Numbered from the stretch's first letter, positions 21,740 through 34,674 are shown. The stretch is DNA of 64,000 bases from Guillardia theta CCMP2712 (GCF_000315625.1 NW_005434631.1:248001-312000), one strand, 5' to 3'. Translations and numbers: made by a program. The notes: generated by a model from the sequence alone, not told the origin.

Positions 21740-23902
21740 AGCCTGCCTATCTGATCGCCGGATGGTCGTCACGGAGGAGTTCTTCCTGTGGCGCGCCTGG
21801 CAGTGGCCGGGCCGCGCGGCTGCCACTGGGGCCGGGGGCGCGCCGGCTGGGCGACCCGCCGCGGCCCGTCTCCGACAGCAGTGCCACCGGTGACTGTCGG
21901 ATAAGCCGGGAGGATAAGAGTTAGTTGGTTCTCACTGTCCGATGTTTTCTCTTCTCCGAGCGCCGTCACAGTAGCCGGGCACCGTCTGACACGCTGGTTT
22001 AGTTCTCTAAAAGCCTGTTTAGAGCGCACGGTAGTACTTGACTAGTCGTTCAGTGCGGCCGACCGGGCCCGGGCCTTGCCGGTGATCGTCACCGGACGGT
22101 CCGATCACTGAGCTCAGTTCGGTGGCTTCTTTACAGTCTCGATTTTACAAGCAATTTGTACCGGGTTTTTAAAAGACCTATATTATATTATAGAATCTGT
22201 CACGGGAGGCCTTGTACCAGAAACTCCTCGTTGCTAGTACTTCCTTGGAGTGATTTGAAGGGGTAGTTTTGCCTGGAATCCGATGGGTAATAGGGCCCGT
22301 TTCTTGTGCAGGGTTTTCGATTAGTGATGCGACGCGCCTCAGAGTCTTAAGTGTACCCCCCTCTATGAGCCTGATGTCCACGGGTGGGGGTATGCGGACC
22401 CAAGTGGAAAGGTATCTCTGCTCTATGGGTGATCACGGATCAAGCAAGGGGTGGGGTGATTTACAGAATTTCCTGTGCTCTGAATTGAAGAAAGCACAAA
22501 TTGCGTGTTTTCAAGGGTGCTATTAGTCAAAGTTTGTTGTATTTTTATGGTGGGGTGGTAATATTTGAAATATACCCATAAATGTTTTGCTGGGTGTTGA
22601 AAGATCTTTCGGGGTGACTTTTGTTGGGGTGGTTTTTTTAAAACCTGTTTTATAAGTTTTTTTTTAAAATACTAAAAATAGTTTTAGGCTCCAAAAAGTA
22701 AAATAGTTTGACTTGCAGCTTGCTGAAACGACATTGAGTGAAAACGTTTCACGAATAGAGAAGAATTTGCTCTTGGAAGCAAAATGTGAAATGATCTTCT
22801 TTCAGTTTTTACAACGAGCCCCCCTAGCCATCTCACCTCAATTTCTAAAAATATCAACAAAGCGTTCCTTCTGGTACCTTTGGTTTCTCATTTTAGCATC
22901 AAATGACTTCGATCGTTGTGATCTCCCCTGCCAGGTCAATAAGGCTGACCAAAAAAACATTGTTTTTAACTTTGTTTTAAACAGGGGTGAGCGAATTCGA
23001 TTTCGGCTACAGGTATCTGAATTGGGTCTCATGTTCGTCAAGATCATCAAAGCTCTTTTTGTAATATAAATATTTGCCAACTTGAATTCAAATTTCACAA
23101 GCAAAAAGCATCAAAATGTCAAATTAGAGGAGCCCTACTGAAAACGAAGCAAAATACAATTGAATTCCCCCCAACCCTACCCGTGAAATCGAGAATGCTA
23201 TTGCTGTGTCCCATGACCCATCATCTAGTACCCCTACCCCCTTTTACCTCTCTTTGGAGAACTACCCCGCCTTCATCTTTCAAACTTGAATAATCTGCGA
23301 TTTCAATTGACGATCTATAAAGTTTAAATATTATATGAGTATTTGAAGAAATAAACGTTCAAATTAAAATTTATTTTTGAACATTTGAGCTCAAAATCTT
23401 CCACCCTACGGGATATTTTCAACAGACCCCAACAAAGTAGCAGGACCCGTCCACTGATCACCCCCACCCCCTTTTTGATAAATTTCCTCTCCTCCTTCGC
23501 TCGACTCCCGCCCAACCCTCTCCTCTCGTTCTTGCAATCCCCCTTCACCTTCCCCCCTCTCTCTTTCTCATCCTTTCCCGTCCCTCCTTTTTCTCCTCAA
23601 CTCTCTTCTAGTCTCCTCGTATATTCAATCTTGCACGATCCTGCCAGATTTCCCTCCCTCATCTGCCATTCTTGATCTCGTAATCTAGATCACACTCTGG
23701 GTTTCGTGAAGGACGACTTTGATTGTTTATCCTGTTTTAAATCGGTTATTTATCTGAGCTGAAGACACTCTATCTTCTGCCGCAAGCTCATCAATTTATT
23801 GGTCGTGTACGTGTCTTTGTTTTGAATGGTTTATTGAAGCTACTGGCCTGGGGATCAAACCCTGGTTTGGATGGTTGTCTGAGGCACAAAAGTAGCTTCC
23901 GG

Positions 23903-24703
23903 ATGAGATTTGCGCCAGAAACGACGAGTTATGAGAGCAACATGAACAAGACAGTCAGCAAATGCAGCTACGAAGACACTGATTACAACAGTGCATCTAA
24001 GAAGAGGAAGTTCTCATGTCATCAAGAAGTGATTGTCTCCTCGTTCTCTTTCAAGACCGGAGCGCCCAACGCAGACCTGGTGGTGGACGTCAGGTTCCTG
24101 CCCGACCCAAGAACCTTGGAGAATGAAGCTCCTGACATTGACGGGACGCACTCTCAAGTCGAGGAGTTCATCCGTGCGCGATCGAGCTTCGACAGCTTCT
24201 TCACTCAGCTCACTGAGAACGTTGCATCCGTTGTTGGCGATCTGAAGGACCGTGGCAGCGAGAGGGTGGAGCTGGCCATCGGATGCACTGCCGGTCGCCA
24301 TCGATCAGTGTTCGTGGCTGAGAGGCTTGCACGATGGCTCCGTGAGAACGTGGGGGCTGACAAGGTCCGGGTGCTCCATCGTGAGATTTCCCCGAGGAGC
24401 CACCAGGAACTGATGGAAGACCTTGAACCCTTCGAGGATCAGTGCTTGATCACACCTACGGTCTGCAGAGTTGGTCCCATGCTCAAGTGCACCTACTGTC
24501 CTGACACCAACAACATGAACATCCAAGAAGTCAAGGGCCTGCAGTGCCCGTTAGCTTTGAGGAATGTCAGCTCCATCTTGGGGACAGGGCTCGAGAGCAT
24601 CAAGGCGCTCCGCGAGAAGAGGAGGTTGGGATCGTTCCAGAGCAGCAGAAGTGAAATTCTGTGTGGAGAGTGGTCCCGGTCCGCTGATCACTGCGGTTCT
24701 TGA
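23903..24703 (+). CDS. RapZ C-terminal-domain-like protein, intronless
   Basis: IVSSFSFKTGAPNADLVVDVRFLPDP, DGTHSQVEEFI, LAIGCTAGRHRSVFVAERLA and VLHRE match RapZ/YvcJ CTD motifs (SFGFK, DVRFLPNP, GCTGGxHRSV, HRD). Start is ATG 23903 or 23942. Confidence 0.85.
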   Translation: MRFAPETTSYESNMNKTVSKCSYEDTDYNSASKKRKFSCHQEVIVSSFSFKTGAPNADLVVDVRFLPDPRTLENEAPDIDGTHSQVEEFIRARSSFDSFFTQLTENVASVVGDLKDRGSERVELAIGCTAGRHRSVFVAERLARWLRENVGADKVRVLHREISPRSHQELMEDLEPFEDQCLITPTVCRVGPMLKCTYCPDTNNMNIQEVKGLQCPLALRNVSSILGTGLESIKALREKRRLGSFQSSRSEILCGEWSRSADHCGS

Positions 24704-25166
24704 TTGGTTCAGAATGTAAACATGTACATGAGGATTCCTCTATGCCGTGAAGCAGCATCGTGTAATGTAGCAAGAGGACGATGTAGAAAGAGTGTGTGCT
24801 TTATTTCGATCGATGAGGTTGAGGCGCGTAGATCGAGCTCGTTGAGTTCGCGCTCAACCTTCATGTAAGACGAATACAAGCTGATGCACCTGCCTCTGCT
24901 TTTGCCCTGTACATGTTGGGTTGAGGATGAAAACTTATCCTCCGCTTGTCTGCTCATCATCACAAGTGTCAATTGCTACACTTGTGACTGGATGATGTCA
25001 AGTGATCAAGTGCACTTGAGGAGCAGGGAAGACTCTTAAAGCAGCTCGCGAATGTGCTTCAGGGTTTCATTTCGGCAGCATGTCGCCAAGTGATGTGTTG
25101 TTCATGTTGTTGTGTGGTGGTTGGGATGTCTTTGACCTTTGAGGTTTCACCATGAATTTGTGCAGG

Positions 25167-27788
25167 TCAATATCCTGATTTCAGCTGGTACAGGTCCTTC
25201 CGCAGCAACCTGACCTCCTCCTTTAGCTCGCGGTTCTCGTTCATGAAATCCTGCAGTGACATGGTGAGAGGAGGAAGCAAACAGACGAGCATCGTCACCT
25301 GGAGCATCCGTTGAGTCTCCATCTGCTGCCTGTATTCAACATGAGAGAGCTGGAGGAGAGCACGGGGAGAGGTCGAGGACGGATACCAGTGAAACTGGCG
25401 GATCATGTCAAGGTGCATGTTCTTGACATCCTGTTGGATAGCTTCTTTCATCTATGCAAAACCGTCACTATTCTCTTGTCGTTTCCTCCTCCTCCTACCG
25501 CTGCCATGGCTTGCTCCATACTCGCCTGCAGGTAAGGAGACATTTCGGTACTCGTTTCATGAGTCCCGCGGAAGACTCTCCCAGGAGCTTCCGTGCCACT
25601 GGGAGCAGGAGAAGAATGCTGTTCTACCACAGGGCGAATAGCCTCCTCCTCACTCGCTGGCTTCCTGTTGGCAGGAGGAGGTGGTGGCAAGTCGGTCGGA
25701 TCGACAGAAGTTCGGCTGCGCACGCTGATGACGTGTGGACTGAAGCGAAGGTCGAAGTTTGGCTGCTCCGGTCTGTTCGCGTTCCTCTGCACGTCTGTTG
25801 GGGTTTTAGTAGGAAGAGACAAGCGCTGAGGTGTGCTGATCTCCTCCTGAGAAGAAAGTCAAGAATGTTCAGATCATGGCAGCTCGAATACTGAGGGTCG
25901 TTGCATAATGTTGGAGGTGGAGTCTGTGGAGCTGGTCGGCAAGGTAAACATACGGACTGATCAAGTTTGAACAGGAGAACTCACTTGCGATTTTGTGCCT
26001 GGGACGCTCACAGTCAAACACTTGAAAAGGATGCGGTAGCAAGCAAACCTTGGGAGTTTCTACAGGTGCCTCCGGTTGCAAACCAACAGGTGAAGTGGAC
26101 ATGGCGTATCTAAGGAGCTCAATCAGGAGCAGGACAACCACAGCTGCTCAACCTCTTCTTCATGTTCTCTTCTTCCGCCTTTTTCGCTTGAATACGATCC
26201 AAATCTGTAGCTGACGACGTGTTCACGCTGGCGATGGGAGAGAAACCATGATTAAAAATCGAGCTGCTCGGCTCGAAGCTGTGTCTGGCATTCTCGTGCT
26301 GGAAGATTTGTCATCATGAATCTGAAGCTGATTGTCTTCGATATACCAACGGGGTCGAAGTTTCCGAAATTGGTGGGGAGAGGCCGTTGGTCTCCACCGT
26401 CGTCCTCGTCCCATGCGCAGGCTGTGGCGGAGGAGCGTTGCTCTCCGTCGGCTTTGCGTTCTCCTTGCCCGCAGTCCCTGAGGAGTGACGAGTGAGATGA
26501 GGATTTCAGCTGAATCTAGTGAGTTCTTCTCACTCTGTCTTGTCTTAGCGCTGGATTTGGGAGGAGTGAGCTGGAAACGAACAGAGTTGACGGGGCCACT
26601 ATGAGCGTCCACGGCCATTGTGGGGGATCCGCCAGCTCCAAGAGCGCGAAGGTCATAGACAAACACCTGAGTGTCACTCATCAGTCTCAAGAGACTGTCA
26701 TGACCTGTGTCAACCTTGCCCGTCTCAGTGCCAGCAGAGACCGTGAAGCCGTCGTTCATGAAGTCGAGGGCCGTGACGCTGCAAGTTGAGATGAGACAAG
26801 ATGAGCTGAGTGCAGTCCGAGTCACTCACGGAGCATCACAGACGATTGACTTGACAAGCTTGTTGGCCTGCACGTCATAGAAGTACAGGTGCCGATCAAG
26901 CCCTGCGCTACAGAGCAGGAGCTCGTTCACGGGGGAGAACACCAACCCAGTCACCTTGACCAACATATCAGAGGCTGCGTTAGGACAAGGAGCAGCCTAC
27001 CGTGCTCTTGTGATGCTTGAAGTTTGAAACTACAACATCTCCCTTGCCCGTGTCCCACAATTGCACGCACGATTCTTCTCCAGCGGCAGCCAGTATCCCC
27101 TTGCTGCCAAGAAAAATCAGTCAGGCAGGCAGCAGCCCAACCGCAGCACACCGGAAGGGAGAAAACTGAGCGGCAAGGATTGCGTCTCCTGCTCCTTGTC
27201 CTGTCCGGATCCAGTGGGGAGTAGTGGACGAGGAGATGGTATGTACAACTACGTCTCCCACCCGGGACCCCGAGGCGACGAAATCATCTCTGTCGTTGAA
27301 GGAGCAGCAGGTGATCTCCGAGCGGTGACCATGGAGCACCTGGTCCATACTGTCATCAGCACCATGAGAGCATGGAGGCAACACTACCTTGGACGTCTCT
27401 CTCTTCTTGCAGTCCCAGATCCTCAAAGTGCGATCGTCACTCCCGCTGCAGATCGTGAGGGATTGGGACGCGAACGTGAGGGCGGAGACGGCACTGGGCT
27501 TGCTAGCCGATAGATTGGAGGTTGTGAGCGTGTCTATGTGAGCTCCTGCTGGCGTGAACAAACCGATGCTACCAGTCGTCTTGCTTCCCACCGCCATGAT
27601 CTAAAGGCAACATGAAAAAGTACCCGTCTCCTTCCCGGTCGTACCTGAGCAGAGCGACTCCATCCAAGAGTGGAGGTCTTGCCGAGATCATGCTGTAGAG
27701 CGAAGTCTGCCTTTCCTTGCACGATGGGGAGTTGCCACAGCAACACCTCAGAGTCTGAGCAGGAAACGAGGGAGACAGGAGGCGGCAT
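25167..27788 (-). CDS. NEDD1: NEDD1/GCP-WD gamma-tubulin ring complex targeting factor
   Basis: N-terminal WD40 repeats (ICSGSDDRTLRIWD; LLCSAGLDRHLYFYDV; SAGTETGKVFVYDLR), a low-complexity linker, and C-terminal coiled coil VKNMHLDMIRQFH..QQME..ENRELKEEVRLLR. Confidence 0.88.
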
Positions 27789-28294
27789 GGCTGCAGGAAT
27801 CTTTGAATTTCAATCCAATGGCAGCCTTAGAAGTTCCTTTCTACCTGTTGAAGGTGCTTCTATCCTCTTCTCTCCAATCTCTTCTTCTATTCCTCCTCTT
27901 CTCCTCTCATCCTCCTGCGGGCTGTTTCCTCGTCTTCCTACTCGCCCTGTCGCCCGTCGTGGACTGCCATGGCGGGAACTCAAATCTCTTAACCTGATTC
28001 CGCTTAAAATTTGGATATTTCAACCAAAGTTCTGTTAAATTAAGTGAGATTCAAGTCGACATATTTGAAAATTCAGACCTTGAATTGTTGAAAATAACCC
28101 TATGTAAGTTGAGGATTATTTCGAAATTACTCCCGACGCTCTTCAAAACTCGATTAGCTCACCTACAATTTCAAAGATACGGACCGCACCAATTTACAAA
28201 TTCCGATTTCTCACCCCCTCCCTACCCTGTCAAAGTACCCCCTCCCTGTCACATTTGAGTACCCCCACCCCCGCCTGTCCTCCACAGGATCGCA

Positions 28295-31200
28295 ATGGCT
28301 GAGGCCATGCAGAGGCTTCAGCGGGGGGACAGCGTCATGGAGCCGAAAGCCTTCGAGGATCTGAAGGTGAAAAGAGGGAGACGATAATGGGGAGAAGGAG
28401 AAGAGGAAGAGACGAGGAGACGAGGAGGAGACGGAGAGCTGCACATGCAAGGGAAGAGGGGAGGGGAACAGAAGTGGGAAAACCAGGATCAGATTGATCC
28501 ATCAACAAGGGATGAAGGAGGGGGAACAACAGTGCCCTAGACACGTAGATGATTGGACTGTTATCTCGCTGTAATACAGATGACACACACAATCTAGCGA
28601 GAAGTACCAGAGGATGCGTATTTTTCTTGTACAGAACCTGTTCCCTCTTGCCTCTCTTGCTCATCTAGCCTTCACCCTCAGCTTCTGACGCCACCTATCA
28701 GGCATGTCTGCTCGCTGGCCAGGAGCCCTCGATGCTTGTCGAACAGCTCAGCGACAACTATCACGGTTATGCTCAGATGGCGAACCTCCTCTGCGAGTGG
28801 CACTGCTTCCTCGGGGACGATCGGAGGGCAGTGGACCGAGAAGTGAGGGGCTATCTCAAGTCTATGATCATCAAGCATTTCGGGCTGGAACAGATTGACC
28901 TGCAGCAGATCAGCAATCCGCGATGGCTGGAGCAGATGGTGAGAGAGGAACCACGCAGAGACATGTGCAGGCAGGATGACAGGGATGCAGCAGAAGAATG
29001 TTGAGGGGGAGAGGGAGAGGGAGAGGGAGAGGGAGAGGGAGAGGGAGAGGGAGAGGGAGAGGGAGGTGCACTAGCAAGAGCTCGGATTGTTTCCGACAGA
29101 TGTCCGCAGATTCAGGACCCGGAATGGCGCGATCTGATCTATGAGCTCTCGGAGCAATTTCCATCGTCTTTGCTGATCTCATTCGCAATGGAGAGGATAT
29201 CGCAAGTCAGCGCTGGTAGGCATCCTCGTCTGAGGACTGACTTTGCTTTTTGCAGCAAGTTGGACTCGAAGCGGAAAAGGCTGGGGCAGAATCGGCCTCT
29301 TCCAAGCTCAAGGTGAGGAGGGGGCGGTGAAGGGAGTGGAGCAGCAGAGGGGGATTGATCGCTGTACAGATCTTCAACTCCGTGCTGAAAGAGACGCTAG
29401 CAGACATGACCAACGGGAAGGAGGTGAGGGAGGCAAGGCTTGCGCTCCCTTGCTGAGTTCAGCCAGGTGATGCCGGAGGACCTGGAGGCCTTGAAGAGCC
29501 TTATATGTCATAGCGAGCATACCTTCGTATGCCCTTGGGGTCTTTGGGAGGAGGAGGTGACTGCTATCAGGTGTACGTAGTCGCTCTCTTCCGCCAGCTC
29601 GCTATGAAGCACAAAGGAGAATTCCAAGAGGTGACATGATGATAGAGAAAGGCAGCAGCTGCTCAGGAGAAGGAGAAGCAGTGCTAGTGGCAGTGGCAGT
29701 GCTAGTGGCAGTGGCAGTGGCAGTGGCAGTGGCAGTGACAGCAGTGGGAGCATCCTTCAGGACAAGAGTGTGTAAGGGATCGAGAGCAGAGCAGTTGAGA
29801 GGGGCGAGGAGGGAGGAGGGTGAGAATCTTGCAACAGGAGTGCCTCCTTCGGTTGAGCGAGGAGATCCGAGTAGAGATCGCAAAGGTGAGCTCGTGGTCG
29901 TGTCTTGGTTTCTTCTGATTTCTTTCAGCGCGGGAAGGGACGGCAGGCAGAAGCTTTCTGCAACGCCATCACAGGGGCAGTCGAGTACCCTGAGGTCGCT
30001 ATGGCGGTGAGGATTCTCCCCGCAGTCTTTCTTTCACAATTGACTCCCCGCTCCCTGTTCTTGTTTCTTTGCATCAGATTGGATCGATGACAAGCACGAA
30101 GAAAACAAATCCGTCGGACATTTCTAAGGTGACAAGTTGATGTAGTCGTTGGTGATGGTGGAGATGATGATGATGCGGGCTGAGGAAGGGAGAGTTGAAG
30201 GAGAGTTGGGAAACAAGCAGTGAGGAGTTGCAATGGTGAAGAACAAGGAAGCGGACGAAACGTTGACGAATTATGAAGAGGAAGAGATAAGTTGACAAGA
30301 AGGTGTAACTCGTTTCTCAGCTCTACAACATCTACACAGCTGAAGTAAGCAAACGTCCGCCAGCATGGCTGCTGCAACGTCACGATTTTCTCCACATCCT
30401 TACTGAGGTAGCTGTCCTGCTCCCGTATGATTCTCCCTCCCTCACTTGCCGCTTCCTCCCCTTTCTCATCTCTCCCTCCATCTTCCTTGCGCTCCCTCCA
30501 GCCTCATCTTGTTGGTACAGACTGTCTTCGACCCAAAATTCAAGATCAGCCCTGCGTTCGCCAACAACTATCGCTGGCTGCTGTCCTACGCTGCCATGTC
30601 TCCGTAGTACTCCCTCCCGCTCCTCTCCTCACTTGAACTCTCAGAGATCACGATCGGCGACCAGACGGAGAGGCAGACGGGCAAGAGGAGGCCCCTGCTT
30701 CTCCTCCTGAGGAGAGGGAGGAGTTCAAGAAAACTATGGAGCAGATCGAGAAGGTCCAGGCGTTGACCAAGGATGAAAACAGCGCCATGTCGCCTGAGAC
30801 GCTCATGGTGACCGAGGAAGCGGTTGAGGCGACGCTGACTGCCCTTGCAGGCGCTCAGGGAAGGGATACAGCAGTGTGAGATTGTCTCTGTCGGTATCCT
30901 GCTGTGGGTGGGAGGGAAGGTGACGAGGAGACGCGAGGGAGGATGGGGAGGATGACGGCGATGAGCAGCTGGTGGAGGAGAGCTTCTACCTTCCTGGGGG
31001 GGGGCATGTGCGCCTGGCGAAGCCTTACCAGCAGATGATGGAGCATTGCGTGCTGATCTACCCGGCCCAGAGGGAGATCTTGTTGGAGATGCTGCAGAAG
31101 GTAGGGAGAGAAGGAGATGGATGTTGTGGAGGAGCATCTGACTCGTCCCAAGATATGGGATGTGAGCTTGCAGCTGGGAGGAAACGGGAACCAGGAGGAG

Positions 31201-32093
31201 AAGGTCCTGGCAGGGGATATCGCGATTGATAACATGCTGTAAGGAGAGGGTGGATAGAGAGGACAGGCTGAGGGAGAGGCAGCGGATGGGAAGGGGAATG
31301 GGAGGATGAAGATGAGAAAGGAAGGGAGGAGCAGGAGGGGTATAGGAGGGAGGAGGAAGGGAGGAGCAGGAGGGGTATAGGGGGGAGGAGGGAGCTGAGT
31401 CAAGGAATGGTGATCCGTGTTTCCTTCAGGTTTCTCTTTGAACTCGGGTCAGTTCTCAGAGCGATGAGATCTCTTGCCCGGTAGGACCCTGATGCCTCAT
31501 TCCAACCTTTTCCTCTCCTTACTCCTCCTTCTCCCTTCACTTCGTTCTCGGATCACTCACTCTCTCCTCCTTTCCTCCTCCCCTGCCATTCCTCCTCCTC
31601 TAGCTTCTCCTCTCGTCCCTCCACTGACTTCTCCTCAGCTGGGCACCTGTCATGACGCCAGAGCAGCAGCATCGCACAGTGACTGAGGTGGGTGAGGAGC
31701 AACATGCTGGCATTGACGGGCTCTTGTCGCAGATCCTGTCCTGCAGTCTTCCGCCCTTCTCGTCGCAGTTTGTCTCGACGTTCTTGGGCCTTCTGCAGAA
31801 GATGCCCTCGCTGGACGCCCTTCAGCTCAGCGTCTCTTTCTCCTCCTCCTCTTCCCCTTCCTTCTCACGTTGACACAGGCTGAGAGTAAAAGTCTGATGA
31901 AGGACTTCCAGACATACCTGGAAGGTCTCGATACCCTACAATGTTTGTGTTGCTGTCTAACGATGTGGCAGGTTCCAAGGGCAAACATGATATTGGTGCG
32001 TGTTGACATTTGAATCTCAACTCGTCATGATCGTTCACAGATGAAGACTTGCAAGGCATCGTCAAAGAGATCTCGAGTACGAGCTGGAGCTGA
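28295..32093 (+). CDS. NELFCD: Negative elongation factor subunit C/D (TH1-like), many exons
   Basis: DSVMEP..., LVEQLSDNYHGYAQMANLLCEW, PRWLEQM, WRDLIYELSEQFP, CHSEHT, KTNPSDI, LLTDCLFDP, IAGFVSQILS-like segment. These resemble TH1/NELF-D blocks. Confidence 0.8.
29008..29065. repeat. (GAGAGG)n microsatellite, intronic
   Basis: Tandem hexamer. Confidence 0.95.
29678..29745. repeat. (GCAGTG)n imperfect microsatellite, intronic
   Basis: Tandem hexamer with variants. Confidence 0.9.
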
Positions 32094-32195
32094 TGATCGT
32101 GTATTTTCAAATGTATGTTAGAGGTGACTTAACCGTCTGGGACTCAATCAAACCCCTTTAGATTACAACTTATTTGATAACATAAAATCAATCAA

Positions 32196-34674
32196 TCAAT
32201 CTCTCTCCATCTCTTCTGACGGCTGCACGTCCTGCAGCAGATCAAAGATCTCACTCTCAAGGCCAGCCATCTCAGCCGTGTACATGAGTTTCAGTGACTG
32301 CATCAGCTTCTGCTTGTATCGGATCTTCTCCATCACAGCCTTGTCTTGCCCATTCATCAGGTCGCCGCCATGTCGCTCGGCTGGTCGTGCTGGGCTCTCA
32401 GGGTCTTGCCTGCTGTCATTGGGGCTGCTCTCGTCATGCAGGTAGGACGCGCTCTCATCGATGGGCTCAAGCTCAAGTCCAGCTTGGCTGGCCCGTGACG
32501 GCAGGCGGAACCTGAGCGACCTGCTGGGGTCGGAGTCGTAGAGAGGATCTCGAGGATACTCTTCCACCCTCTCCTCTGACCTCCCGCCCAGCTCGTGCTC
32601 GTGCTCTTCAGTCGCTGAGTGAGGCCTCGCCCGGACATGCAGCCCGCTCAGCGGTCTACTTGCCCTGTTCATCGCGCTCTGGGGGCGACCTTGCACCCTC
32701 GTTCTCAGCAGGTTGTTTCTGATCGCCTTCCACTTGGACCCTCGTCCTTCCTGCGGCTTGATCCAGTCTCGTGGAACCGAGTCCTCCTCCACCAGCTGCT
32801 GTACCTCTAGAGCACTCCCGTCTCCTTCAGGCTGCGTGACGAAGCTGTCAACTCCTGCACCTTCAGCTTGCTCGTCGCCTGCCAGGTCAGCAGGTTCGAA
32901 GATGGACTGGTACCACTGCGAGCTATTGCCACTTGCTGTGTTGGGTCTCAGTGCCCGTATGTTCTTCTGCTGCATCCATGAAGCTGAGGACTCCAGGGCG
33001 CTGCTTGGACGGCTGAAAGAGCGCCCGTTAACGAGCTTGGCTGTCGTGGGCCTGGAACTGGCTTTCACAGTAGAGCAAGCAGAGTATGCTGTGCTGGGAC
33101 GACTATCCACAAGTTCGATCCTTTCTGTGTCGAACTTCTCGAGCTCGTTCACGACGGCTTCTATCTTATGCTGGATCACTCTGTTCTCCTCCCTCGTCCT
33201 TTCCTCCATCAAGCTCTGCATCAGCTTGTTCTTCTTCATCAGGCCTCTCCCCTCGGCTGAAGCTTTCCACAGCTTCCCTATGACCTCCAACGTGAGCTCC
33301 TTATAGAACGAGTTGCTGCATCGACTGACGATATGAAACAGGCTCTGGACGGCTCCAGCTGCGAGGATGTTGTTGATGCCAAGAGGAGTCTGCGCGAGGT
33401 GGTGGAAACCAGCGGCTGCATGCACAACTTGAAATGAAGTTCCGGCCTCGCCGAACCTGGCAAACGTGCGAGCAGCCGCCATGGGCTGTATGTTGTTCAT
33501 GTTCTTCCACAGCGAGAAGGCGTTGTCTGCACACTGCCGGGCAAGGTTCTCCTCACCCGCCAGTATCCTGTTTCTCTTCATCTCATCTGCTGGCGAGATG
33601 GACGTCTGCAATGAAGACTGCGATGCTTTCCGAGAGGGAGGAAACTGAGAGATGGGGGCTGTCACGTTTGGTGCAACAATAACGTACTCCAGCTTCGAGT
33701 TGCAATTTCCAAACTTGATCTTGTCCCCAATCTTCAAGATGACTGTGTCGTTGTTGCATCGCTTGCCATTGACAAAGGTACCGTTGCTGCTGCAGTCCTT
33801 CAAGTAAAGAACATCTTTCTCCAACGAGACCTCGCAATGACGTCTGGACATTGACTGCAGATCATCGGCCGAGACCCAAGATTTCTCCAACACAATGTCA
33901 CTTTTCTCGGCTCTTCCGATGACGACCACGTTCTTTTCTTGTGACAGCTGCAGTGGAATACATCGTCTGGACGTAACTTCCTCTTCGGCCACCAAGAAGT
34001 AGGGAGCAAGGTGTTTTTCAAGTTTGAACGTTTTTTTCGTCGTGTCAGCGTTGCTCGGGGCAATTGCTGAGATATACTGACGTATCAATCTAGAATGAAT
34101 CTTGTGGCTCTCCATGGCAGACGTCTCACTTTCCTGCTCAGTACAAGTGTGAGGCAGAGACATCTCACAGGAGAGAGCGGACCTTGGCAACATGTGTCCA
34201 AGGTATTGAAGTGGCTGGTGCTGTCTGCGGTCTGAGCCGAACCATCTTCTGATATCCTTGGCTTTGCCTCCATCGCACGAACGAGTTGAGGTTTTCCATC
34301 CCAGATTTTAGAATGTCCGCCCTGCATTGCAAATGTTCAGAACCGAAACTTTTTACATCGAATTGAATTCACCTGTCTTTGTTTTGAACGAAAGAAAACC
34401 ATTCATCTCTCAACCTCGCATCGTTCTCTTCTTTTTGCTTCATTTCAAGGAATTGTTTCTTTTTAAGCTTACGGGCCTCTTCGGGAGTCAAGTCAACGTC
34501 ATCAAGCTCCTCCTCATCGTTTCTGTGCTTCTTCTTCTTGAGGTATGGAGGCGCGAGCGTGACCTTGGGAGGAGGCTTGTCTCCTCGAATGGCTTTGGCA
34601 TTGAGCACGTCTTGTTTCTCCCCATCGCTCATCCTTGTTTCCCACCATCTTCTGTCTTTCTTAGTATCCAACAT
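32196..34674 (-). CDS. FHA-domain protein with ARM-like helical segment and disordered tail
   Basis: FHA motifs VVIGR, MSRRHC, LKDCSSNGTFVNG, LKIGDKIKFG. Two upstream exons (34674-34373 and ~34322-34183) splice in frame into the long ORF. Confidence 0.85.

Larger units (their letters stand above)
20236..21740 (-). mobile_element. Non-autonomous copia-type LTR retroelement (TRIM-like), 1505 bp
   Basis: 316-bp direct repeats, identical by eye (20237-20552, 21424-21739). TG...CA outer ends. 5-bp TSD GCCTG (20231-20235, 21741-21745). PBS GGTTATGGGCCC (minus, 21412-21423) and PPT GGGGGGAG (minus, 20553-20560). No recognisable gag/pol. Confidence 0.93.

Noticed and set aside
22640-23400. AT-rich block as a MITE or organellar insertion
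   Set aside because: No terminal inverted repeats, TSD or organellar gene similarity could be identified by eye.
16513-24703. ODC and RapZ-like gene as a functional or horizontally acquired cluster
   Set aside because: Both are intronless, but they are ~6 kb apart with other elements between, and ODC looks like an ordinary eukaryotic enzyme. No evidence of linkage.
24701-24870. Selenocysteine or stop readthrough at the TGA of the RapZ-like gene
   Set aside because: The frame stays open ~50 codons, but I found no convincing SECIS and the extension has no recognisable features.
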